Positions 37,308 through 47,699 of a stretch of 64,000 nucleotides of DNA are shown in pieces. A program made the translations under genes and the position numbers. The notes beneath the pieces were generated by a model. It ran no database searches, was not told the origin of the DNA, and saw only the letters and a list, made by a program, of their open reading frames with translations. Source of the stretch: Pristiophorus japonicus. Lineage: Eukaryota. How positions within the stretch are numbered: the first letter of the stretch is position 1; every line of letters begins with the position of its first letter. The stretch covers positions 5,952,001 through 6,016,000 of the forward strand of contig NC_092006.1 of the NCBI RefSeq assembly GCF_044704955.1, written 5' to 3'.

Positions 37308-39220
37308 GGGAAGGGTTTTGGAGCGAATTAATAAGGATAAGGGTTTTGGAGAGAATTAATAAGGAGAAGGGTTTTGGAGAGAATTAAAAAGGAGAAAGGT
37401 TTTGGAGGGAATTAATAAGGAGAAGGGTTTTGGATAGAATTAATGAGGAGAAGGGTTTTGGAGAGAATTAAAAAGGAGAAGGGTTTTGGAGGGAATTAAT
37501 AAGGAGAAGGGTTTTGGATAGAATTAATGAGGAGAAGGGTTTTGGAGAGAATTAATAAGGAGAAGGGTTTTGGATACAATTAATCAGGAGAAGGGTTTTG
37601 GATAGATTTAATAATGAAAAGGGTTTTGGATAGAATTAATAAGGAGAAGGGTTTTGGAGAGAATTAATAAGGAGAAGGGTTTTGGATAGAATTAATGAGG
37701 AGAAGGGTTTTGGAGAGAATTAATAAGGAGAAGGGTTTTGGATAGAATTAATAAGGAGGAGGGTTTTGGAGAGAATTAATAAGGAGAAAGGTTTTGGATA
37801 CAATTAATAAGGAGAAGGGTTTTGGATACAATTAATAAGGAGAAGGGTTTTGGATAGAATTAATAAGGAGAAGAGTTTGGATAGATTTAATAATGAAAAA
37901 GGTTTTGGATAGAATTAATAAGGAGAAGGGTTTTGGAGAGAATTAATAAGGAGACGGGTTTTGCATAGATTTAATAAGGAGAAAGGTTTTGAAGAGAATT
38001 AATAAGGAGAAGGGTTTGGAGAAAATTAATAAGGAGAAGGGTTTGGATAGATTTAATAATGAGAAGGGTTTTGGATAGATTTAATAATGAGAAGGGTTTT
38101 GGATAGAATTAAAATGAGAAGGGTTTTGGAGAGAATTAATAATGAGAAGGGTTTTGGAGAGAATTAATAAGGAGAAGGGTTTTGGATAGAATTAATAATG
38201 AGAAGGGTTTTGGATAGAATTAATAATGAGAAGGTGTTTTGGATAGAATTAATAATGAGAACGGTTTTGGATAGAATTAATAAGGAGAAGGGTTTTGGAA
38301 AGAATTAATAAGGAGAAGGGTTTTGGAGAGAATTAATAAGGAGAAGGGTTTTGGATAGAATTAATAATGAGAAGGGTTTTGGATAGAATTAATAAGGAGA
38401 AGGGTTTTGGAAAGAATTAATAAGGAGAAGGGTTTTGGAGAGAATTAATAAGGAGAAGGGTTTTGGATAGATTTAATAAGGAGAAGGGTTTTGGATAGAT
38501 TTAATAAGGAGAAGGGTTTTGGATAGAATTAATAATGAGAAGGGTTTTGGATAGAATTAATAAGGAGAAGGGTTTTGGAAAGAATTAATAAGGAGAAGGG
38601 TTTTGGAGAGAATTAATAAGGAGAAGGGTTTTGGATAGAATTAATAATGAGAAGGGTTTTGGATAGAATTAATAATGAGAAGGTGTTTTGGATAGAATTA
38701 ATAAGGAGAAGGTGTTTTGGATAGAATTAATAAGGAGATGGGTTTTGGAGAGAATTAATAAGGAGAAGGGTTTTGGATAGAATTAATAAGGAGAAGGGTT
38801 TTGGAGAGAATTAATAAGGAGATGGGGTTTGGAGAGAATTAATAATGAGAATGGTTTTGGAGAGAATTAATAATGAGAAGGATTTTGGAGAGAATTAATA
38901 ATGAGAAGGGTTTTGGAGAGAATTAATAAGGAGAAGGGTTTTGCAGAGAATTAATAAGGAGAAGGGTTTTGGAGAGAATTAATAAGGAGAAGGGTTTTGG
39001 AGAGAATTAATAAGGAGAAGTGTTTTGGAGCGAATTAATAAGGAGAAGGGTTTTGGAGCGAATTAATAAGGAGAAGGGTTTTGGAGCCAATTAATAAGGA
39101 GAAGGGTTTTGGAGAGAATTAATAAGGAGAAGTGTTTTGGAGCGAATTAATAAGGAGAAGTGTTTTGGAGCGAATTAATAAGGAGAAGGGTTTTGTATAG
39201 AATTAATAAGGGGTAGGTTT
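37308..39220 (+). repeat. 28 bp minisatellite, about 68 copies, R3 intron 1
   Basis: Unit GGAGAAGGGTTTTGGA(G/T)AGAATTAATAA. Confidence 0.92.
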
Positions 39221-40215
39221 CCGATCGAGTAAAGAAGGAGAGATTGTTTCCAGTGGGAGGAGGGTGTGGGTAAGCAGAGGACACATGTTTAAGATAATCG
39301 GTAACAGAACCAGAGGGGGAGATCAGGACGTGTTTTCAAGCCCTGGGAGCTTGTGCTCGGGAACGCGCTGCCTGAAAGGGGCACTGGGAGCAGATGAAAA
39401 AGTGACTTTCAAACGGGGGAATTGGATAAATATTTGGAAAGGAGGCAATATGCCGGGCTGTGGGGAAAGAGCAGGGGCGGAGTGGGAATGATTGAGTCGC
39501 TCTGTCACAGAGCCGGCACAACACAGGTTTGATGGGCCGAATGGCCTCCTGTGTTGCATCGTTCGATGATACACAAGTTTGCGTTTAACTATAATTTTTT
39601 TAAGAAGCAGCTTAGATATTGGGCAAAGTATAAAGGTGTGCGGGCTTCGCTCAATACCGATAGCGCGACTTTGGAGCCGAACATTGTGATGGGTGAGTGG
39701 AGGCGAATGTGACACTGAACTGCCCCCTAACTGAGATAAAGATGTCAGTGAACTCCGGTATTTGAAGGCGAGGGTCTGCCGTTGGGAGAGGGGGGCCTGT
39801 CTAGTGGAATTAGTGAGAAAGCTATCGCCCCATTTTAACACAATCAAGCGCCCCCCGGTCCCCAACTCCTGGAGAGATGGATTGGAGAGCCGGGTTAGAC
39901 CAGGGGGAAGCATAATCGGTTTGGGAGAAGGCTTTTGCAATCTTAACTGCAGCCAGTCGCCATGGTGCTCGCCAATGATTGGAGCGGATTTCACAGCGAA
40001 CGGACTTGGACTGTGCGCCTGTGGGAATTGCGGGCGGAGAGGCGCAATTTAACGGTGCGCAGCGCGGCGGAATTTCCCACACGCGCTCCCGACGCGCCAG
40101 TGGAGGGGAATTTGAGATGTGTCGGTATCCAGGGTGACTCGGGGGCCTATAACCTGTTGTTAAGATTGTGTTTTAATTTTTGTGTCCCCCCCCCCCCCCC
40201 GCAACCTTGTCTCAG

Positions 40216-40554
40216 CTGTCGTGTCTCAGGCAGTCTTGAGCCAATTTCCGGCGCTGCTAACGGCCGATGTCGGGAGCCTGGTCAAACTGCAATGCCAGAC
40301 CGGGAGGCTGGCCCCAAGCATCGTTTACTGGTACACACACTGGCCCCGAGAGGGCATGCGGCTCGTTTACAAAACCGGACGGTTCGTGACGCCCGGGGGA
40401 AGATTTTCCGGCGAGGTATGCGAGCAATCGGGGAATCATTCGCTGGTCATTGACAACGTCCAGAGGAGCGATTCTGGGCGGTATTACTGCGCTGCTCCAA
40501 ACGCCGGGAATCGGTCCCTGATATTCGGGACTGGCACCACGCTGGTGATCACAG
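40216..40554 (+). CDS. R3 germline-joined VJ exon ..DSGRYYCAAPNAGNRSLIFGTGTTLVIT
   Basis: ctcAG / GTAATC, 339 nt. I count 9 nucleotide differences from the R2 V exon, 4 of them nonsynonymous. Confidence 0.95.
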
Positions 40555-40645
40555 GTAATCCCACACGTCCATCCAATTGTGCGTCGAGACACCAATTCAA
40601 ACCTGCCTTGTGCGCCTGGTTAATTCCAATTTCCCTTCCATCTAG

Positions 40646-40939
40646 CGGGCCCCCCGGTCCTCTTCCTCTTAACGCCGCCGCCGGCTGAGATTCCCCGGCT
40701 GGAGAGGGTGCCCTTGATGTGTCTGGTGCGGGGCGTTGCTCCCGACTCCTTCCCCATCCGCTGGCTGGTTGCCGAGGGACGGAGCGAGCCCGGGACGCTG
40801 GAGCCGGATGGGAGCTATACCGCCAGAAGCGTCCTGAGCATCTCGGCCGAAACCTGGCGCAGCGGCGCCGTCTGCACTTGCACCGTTCCGATCAACGCCA
40901 CCGGGGATCTCCTGAGTGAAAGCGTCGCGTCTCCGGGAG
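40646..40939 (+). CDS. R3 C1-set exon (in-frame 12 nt deletion relative to R2)
   Basis: tctAG / GTAACT, 294 nt, phase 1-1, open. Confidence 0.92.
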
Positions 40940-42177
40940 GTAACTGGAGCTACTGGCGGTTTGCCAAATAGTTAGTGATAATAATGTTCATTATAGTATT
41001 GCTGGGATGTGAGGGTTTTTTTAGCACGAGAGATTGTGTAGAATGGGCCTATGTTCTCTGGAGTTTCGTATAAGATTATGAGGGGGCTTGACAAGCTGGA
41101 TGCAGAGAGGATGTTTCCACTGATGGGGGAGTCTAGAACTAGAGGGCATAATCTCAGAATAAGGGGCCGCCCATTTAAAACTGAGATGAGGAGGAATTTC
41201 TTCTCTGAGGGTTGTAAATCTGTGGAATTCGCTGCCTCAGAGAGCTGTGGAAGCCGGGACATTGAGTAAATTTACGATAGAAATAGACAGTTTCTTAACT
41301 GATAAGTAATTAAGGGGTTATGGGGAGCGGGCACGGAAGTGGAGCTGAGTCCATGATCGGATCAGCCATGATCGTATTGAATGGCGGAGCAGGCTCGAGG
41401 GGCCGAATGGCCGACTCCTGCTCCTATTTCTTATGTTCTTATGGAGTTTCGAAGAAGGAGAGGTGATCTCATTGAAACGTACAAGACTCTGAGGGGGATT
41501 GACAGGGTGGATGCAGGGAGGGTGTTTCCCCCCGGGGCTGGGGAGTCTAGAACCAGGGGTCACACAGTCTCAGGGTAAGGGGTTGGCCATTTAAGACTAA
41601 GATGGGGAGAACGTTCTTCACTTGCGATTTACTACGTTACAGGCGCTATATAAATATAAGTTGTTGTATATTGGGAGCACTAGTATGGAAAAGTAGTATT
41701 TTATAAATGACATGAGTTTGGAAAACAGCGAGACAGAGAGAGACCATATACACAAACCTGTAAATGTGGGAAGGGCAGGTTGGCGAGCTGGTTAAACTGG
41801 CTTACGGGGTACTTGAATTTATATAAGGAGATATTGGAACAGTTGACCAAAAGCTTGGTCAAAGAGGGAGGTTTTACAGAAGGAGGAGAGGCGGAGAGGT
41901 TTAGGGAGAGAGTTCCAGAGCTTGGGGCCCCAGGCAGCTGAAGGCACGGCCACCAATGGTGGAGCGATAGAAATCGGGGGGAATGCTCAAGAGGCCAGGA
42001 TTGGAAGAGCGCAGAGATCACAGCCACTTACGTTGAGACAGTTCATAGTTCGTCACCATGTCTTTGATGATTCGGGCCAAAAACCAGCTTCAAACCCTCA
42101 GCGGACGAGGTTTCAGAATTTGACTGAATTATTTTGTGTTTCGCTCATTTCACAAGAGTTGTCTTTCTGCCGTTCAG

Positions 42178-42294
42178 AGCCCCTTCACAGCTCGACCTGC
42201 CGCTTCGCGCTTTATGCCAGCCTGGCGATGGCTCCTCTTGTGATGGGGTTGATCGGTGTCGCGGTGGCACGGCGTGGCAAGACTCGCCAACCAG
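42178..42294 (+). CDS. R3 stalk/TM exon EPLHSSTCRFALYASLAMAPLVMGLIGVAVARRGKTRQP
   Basis: ctgccgttcAG / GTACTG, 117 nt, phase 1-1. PLHS..C at the start and TRQ at the end, as in R1. Confidence 0.85.
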
Positions 42295-42396
42295 GTACTG
42301 CCCGTCTGAGCCAAACCCTCAATTTCGCCTTTAGCTGAACCTCTCCCTTTGGCGTGCCGGCCTGGACATTAACGCCAGTCATCTTCTTAAACCTAG

Positions 42397-42455
42397 AGAG
42401 TGCAGCCACGACTGACCGAGGTACCGCTTCAAGAATAAAGAAAGCAGAAGAGGAG
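42397..42455 (+). CDS. R3 59 nt cytoplasmic exon (E)SAATTDRGTASRIKKAEEE
   Basis: cttcttaaacctAG / GTAGGT, phase 1 to 0, same size as R1 exon 5. Confidence 0.8.
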
Positions 42456-42715
42456 GTAGGTGCCACAAAGATGGGAGATGTTATTTTCATTAAAGAGCGG
42501 GGGGCGGGACTAATTGGATCATGCTTTCAAAGAGCCGACACAAGCTCGAAGGGCCAACTAGCCTCCTTCTGTGCTGTAAGATTCTATACTGGTGTCAAGT
42601 GTTTCATTGGTGTCCATGGACATGTCCGTTGTCAGTAACTTCAATGAGACATTCACATTAATACACTTGTGCCTCTCTCAGAAACAACCCAAAGCTATTC
42701 ACCTGCAATGAATTG

Positions 42716-43577
42716 CATAAGAACATAAGAACATAAGAATTAGGAACAGGAGTAGGCCATCTAGCCCCTCAAGCCTGCTCCGCCATTCAACAAGACCATG
42801 GCTGATCTGGCCGTGGACTCAGCTCCACTTACCCGCCCGCTCCCGTAACCCTTAATTCCCTTATTGGTTAAAAATCTATCTATCTGTGACTTGAATGCAT
42901 TCAATGAGCTAGCCTCAACTGCTTCCTTGGGCAGAGAATTCCACAGATTCACAACCCTCTGGGAGAAGAAATTCCTTCTCAACTCGGTTTTAAATTGGCT
43001 CCCCCGTATTTTGAGGCTGTGCCCCCTAGTTCTAGTCTCCCCGACCAGTGGAAACAAACTCTCTGCCTCTATCTTGTCTATCCCTTTCATTATTTTAAAT
43101 GTTTCTAGAAGATCACCCCTCATCCTTCTGAACTCCAACGAGTAAAGACCCAGTCTACTCAATCTATCATCATAAGGTAACCCCCTCATCTCCGGAATCA
43201 GCCTAGTGAATCGTCTCTGTACCCCTCCAAAGCCAGTATATCCTTCCTTAAGTAAGGTGACCAAAACTGCACGCAGTACTCCAGGTGCGGCCTCACCAAT
43301 ACCCTATACAGTTGCAGAAGGACCTCCCTGCTTTTGTACTCCATCCCTCTCGCAATGAAGGCCAACATTCCATTCGCCTTCCTGATTACCTACTGCACCT
43401 GCAAACTAACTTTTTGGGATTCATGCACAAGGACCCCCAGGTCCCTCTGCACCGCAGCATGTTGTAATTTCTCCCCATTCAAATAATATTCCCTTTTACT
43501 GTTTTTTTTCCCAAGGTGGATGACCTCACACTTTCCGACATTGTATTCCATCTGCCAAACCTTAGCCCATTCGCTTA
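42716..43577 (-). mobile_element. CR1 3' fragment
   Basis: ORF2 C-terminus and octamer tail. Confidence 0.9.
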
Positions 43578-43881
43578 ACCTATCTAAATCTCTTTGCAAC
43601 AGTGATGTCTTGCATTTAAATAGCGCCTTTGATGTCCTAAGGCGCTTCACAGGAGCATTAGTCAGACAAAAATTAAAGGCCGAACCCCACGAGGAGAGAT
43701 TACGACAGGTGAGCAAAGGCTTGGCCGAGGAGGGAGGTTTTAAGGAGGAGAGAGGGGCGGAGAGGTTTATGGAGGGAGTTCCAGAGCTTGGGACCCAGGC
43801 AGCTGAAGGCACGGCCACCGATGGTGGAGCGATTATAATCAGGGATGGTCAAGAGGGCAGAATTGGAGGAGAAGTAGGAGA

Positions 43882-44346
43882 TAGGGAGGGATGTAGATGC
43901 TGGAGGAGAGTACAGACATAAGGAGGGGTGTATGGGCTGGAGGAGGTTACAGAGATAGGAGGGGTGTAGGGGCTGGAGGAGGTTACAGAGATAGGGAGGG
44001 GTGTAAAGTCTAGAGGAGATTACAGAGATAGAGAGGGGTGTAGGGGCTGGAGCAGGTTACAGAGATAGAGAGGGGTGTAGGGCTGGAGGAGGTTACAGAG
44101 ATAGGGAGGGTATAGGGGTTGGAACAGGTTACAGAGATAGGGAGGGGTGTAGGGGTTGGAGGGGGTTACAAAGATAGGGAGGGGTGTAGGGGTTGGAGGG
44201 GGTTACAGAGATAGGGAGGGGTGTAGGGGCTAAAGGAGGTCACAGAGATAGGGAGGGATGTAGGGGCTGGAGGAGGTTACAGAGTTAGGGAGGGATGTAG
44301 AGGCTGGAGGAGGTTGCAGAGATATGGAGGGGTGTAGGACTGGAGG
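43882..44346 (+). repeat. 37 bp minisatellite, about 12 copies (GGGAGGGGTGTAGGGGCTGGAGGAGGTTACAGAGATA)
   Basis: Direct periodicity, followed by a partial SINE at 44350-44745. Confidence 0.85.
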
Positions 44347-44797
44347 AGAGGCAGTACTGAGGGAGCGCCGCACTGTCGGAGGAGCAGTACTGAGGGAACA
44401 CCGCACTGTCGGAGGGACCGTCTTTCGGCTGAGACGTTAAACCGAGGCACCATCTGCCCTCTCGGTTGTAAAAGATCCCGGGGCCACTGTTGGAAGAAGA
44501 GCAGGGGGAGTTCTCCCCGGTGTCCTGGGGCCAATATTTATCCCTCAACCAACATCACTAAAAACAGATGATCCGGGTCATTATCACATCGCTGTGTGTG
44601 GGAGCTTGCTGTGCGCAAATTGAGCTGCCGCGTTTCCCACAATACAACAGTGACTGCACTTCAAAAAGTACTTCATTGGCTGTAAGGCGCTTTGGGACGA
44701 CCGGTGGTGGTGAAGGGCGCTATAGAAATGCACGTCTATTTCCTTTCAATATAGTTGAGCAGGAAGGTAACGGTTTTTTCGTGTTGTTCCTTCACAG

Positions 44798-44833
44798 ACT
44801 ATGTACGCGCACCTGGCATTCGCTGTGGATTAG
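44798..44833 (+). CDS. R3 terminal exon TMYAHLAFAVD*
   Basis: ttccttcacAG, phase 0, TAG at 44831-44833, AATAAA near 45030. The full model is 888 nt, 295 aa. Confidence 0.85.
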   Translation, partial: TMYAHLAFAVD

Positions 44834-45207
44834 ACCGCATCGTGAGAGCGGGAAGGGTTTGCCGGATCGGAAGAGTTGGGGCCTTGAGAAATACAGCGCC
44901 CACTCGCCGCGCCCTCAGTCACAACCTGTGCACGGTGACCATTCACTCCAATGTCCCCGAACTCCCAGTGTGACTTTCCTCTGCCGGTAGTTTTGATCAA
45001 TCTTTGATTCTTGTCTTTATTAGCGTTGCAATAAAAACCATTTTATTCTCTTTACAACCTCATGCCCACTTTGAATGCATCCGTTATCAGACACAGAGAA
45101 GCGGAATTTATTGTTGAAATCGATGATACCTGTTGCTAAAGGGGCCAATTATCTCAGGATCTGTGTTCAGTTTAACTGTCAGAGGGACGAACGTGCATTT
45201 TATATCA

Positions 45208-45962
45208 CATAGAAACATAGAAACATAGAAAATAGGTGCAGGAACAGGCCATTCGGCCCTTCGAGCCTGCACCACCATTCAATATGATCATGGCTGATCA
45301 TTCACCTCAGTACCCCTTTCCTGCTTTCTCTCCATACCCCTTGATCCCTTTAGCCGTATCTAAAGGCCACATCTAACTCCCTCTTGAATATATCCAACGA
45401 CCTGGCCTCAACAACTCTCTGTGGTAGAGAATTCCACAGGTTCACAACTCTCTAGGTGAAGAAGTTTCTCCTCATCTCGGTCCTAAATGGCTTACCCCTT
45501 ATCCTTAGACTGTGAGCCCTGGTTCTGGACTTCCCCAACATCGGGAACATTCTACCCGTATCTAACCTGTCCAATCCCGTCAGAATTTTATATGTTTCGA
45601 TGAGATCCCCTCTCATCCTTCTAAACTCCAATGAATACAGGCCCAGTTGATCCAGTCTCTCCTCATATGTCAGTCCAGCCATCCCGAGAATCAGTCTGGT
45701 GAACCTTCGCTGCACTCCCTCAATAGCAAGAACGTCCTTCCTCAGATTAGGAGACCAAAACTGTACACAATATTCCAGGTGTGGCCTCACCAAGACCCTG
45801 TACATCCCGGGAATCAGTCTGGTGAACCTTCGCTGCACTCCCTCAATAGCAAGAACGTCCTTCCTCAGATTAGGAGACCAAAACTGAACACAATACTCCA
45901 GGTGTGGCCTCACCAAGGCCCTGTACATCCCGGGAATCAGTCTGGTGAACCTTCGCTGCACA
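45208..45962 (-). mobile_element. CR1 fragment with an internal 123 bp tandem duplication
   Basis: Period 123 (45691/45814/45937), giving a 41 aa repeat in the translation. Confidence 0.88.
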
Positions 45963-46059
45963 CCCCCAGCGGAATTTACAGCTATTTTCATTGTATCTAT
46001 AAACCAGTGACCCCTGCTTAAAGGGTCACACTCCAAATACTTTCAATCAAGTGTCCCCT

Positions 46060-46285
46060 TGGTTTTTTGGGTTTTTTTTTCTGAGGGCACCAAAAACACA
46101 AAGTATACAAGTGGCCCCCCTGACTAACTTAAACAAATTAAACTTTAAATATTGTGGTTGAAATGAACATTTGGTTGCCGGAGGGGTGGGGGGGGGGGTG
46201 ATGATGCACTCCAGTCCCTCGGGCGCCCACCTCTCGCGGAAGGCCGCGAGGTACCGGTGGACACCGCGGAAGAGAACGCGCTTTA
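46060..46285 (-). mobile_element. Short Tx1-like LINE 3' end
   Basis: AFRERWAPEGLECII followed by a UTR and A-rich tail. Confidence 0.55.
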
Positions 46286-46569
46286 CAACCTTCGCGTTGG
46301 AGCTTGTGGGATCTTCCTGTGCGCCAAAGTGGCAGCCGCATGTCGCTACATTGCACTGGTGGCCACACTTCAAGATAAAAAGTGCGTTCATTGGCCGGGA
46401 AGCAGGGCGGGATGTCCCTCGCTCCTTGTGTGCCGCGACAGAAGACCGAAAGTCTTTCCTGACTGGTCACAATGGAAACGCTGCACAACATCTTTTGGTC
46501 AAGTTGTACTCAACACACACAGTTCCAGTTAGTTAACGGAGGGGAAATATACTTGCAACCCAGGGTGGA

Positions 46570-47450
46570 GCTTTGGAGGCAGTTCAGAGAAGGTTCACTC
46601 GGTCGATTCCGGAGATGAGGGGGCTTGACTTATGAGGAAAGGTTGAGCAGGTTGGGCCTCTACTCATTGGGATTCAGAAGAATTGAGAGGTGATCTTATC
46701 GAAACGTGTAAGACTATGAGGGGGCTCGATAGCGGGACCCGGGAGTACTTGTGCATGAAACACAAAAGGTTAGTATGCAGGGACAGCAAGTGATCAGGAA
46801 GGCCAATGGAATCTTGGCCTTTATTGCAAAGGGGATGGAGTATAAAAGCAGGGAGGTCTTGCTACAGTTATGCAGGGTATTGGTGAGGCCACACCTGGAA
46901 TACTGCGTGCAGTTTTGGTTTCCATATTTCCGAAAGGATATACTTGCTTTGGAGACAGTTCAGAGAAGGTTCACTCGGGTTGATTCCGGAGATGAGGGGG
47001 TTGACTTATGAGGAAAGGTTGAGTAGGTTGGGCCTCTACTCATTGGAATTCAGAAGAATGAGAGATGATCTTATCGAAACGTGTAAGATTATGAGGGGGC
47101 TTGACAAGGTGGATGCAGAGAGGATGTTTCCACTGATGGGGGAGACTAGAACGCGGGGTCATGATCTTAGAATAAGGGGCCACCCATTTAAAACTGAGAT
47201 GAGGAGGAATTTTTTCTCTGAGAGGGTTGTAAATCTGTGGAATTCGCTGCCTCAGAGAGCTGTGGAAGCCGGGACATTGAATAAATTTAACACAGAGATA
47301 GACGGTTTCTTAACCGATACGGGGATAAGGGGGCGGGCAGGGAAGTGGAGCTGAGTCCATGATTGGATCAGCCACGATCGTATTGAATGGCGGAGCAGGC
47401 TCGAGGGGCCGAATGGCCTACTCCTGCTCCTATTTCTTATGTTCTTATGA
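46570..47450 (+). mobile_element. CR1 3' fragments
   Basis: ORF2 C-terminus and tail. Confidence 0.88.
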
Positions 47451-47699
47451 TTCCAGTGTACAATACTACCACCTTCACCTCGTATGAGAATTAAACACAT
47501 ACTTATACAGGGGCTCAAAGGGTTAAATTGTGTGGGCAGTTTGCACAGATGTGGCTTGATTTCCTCGATTATAGAAGATTAAGTGGTCAACCAATTGAAG
47601 CATTTAATTTGCTTGAAGGGTTGATAGGGTCGAAAGAGAGAAATTATTTCCTCTGTTGGGGGAATCCAGAACAAGGGGATGTAACTTTAATTTTAAAGC

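Larger units (their letters stand above)
27367..40946. repeat. Inverted segmental duplication: arms ~27367-33075 and ~35785-40946
   Basis: Reverse-complement ORF pairs (28327+/39323-, 30320-/36888+) and colinear unique sequence, punctuated by arm-specific CR1 insertions. Confidence 0.88.

Noticed and set aside
37308-39220. CRISPR-like array
   Set aside because: Contiguous units with no unique spacers, in vertebrate intronic context.
22379-44833. R2/R3 as a classic activating/inhibitory pair
   Set aside because: Both retain the TxYAxL motif and both have a TM-proximal Arg, so there is no clean split.
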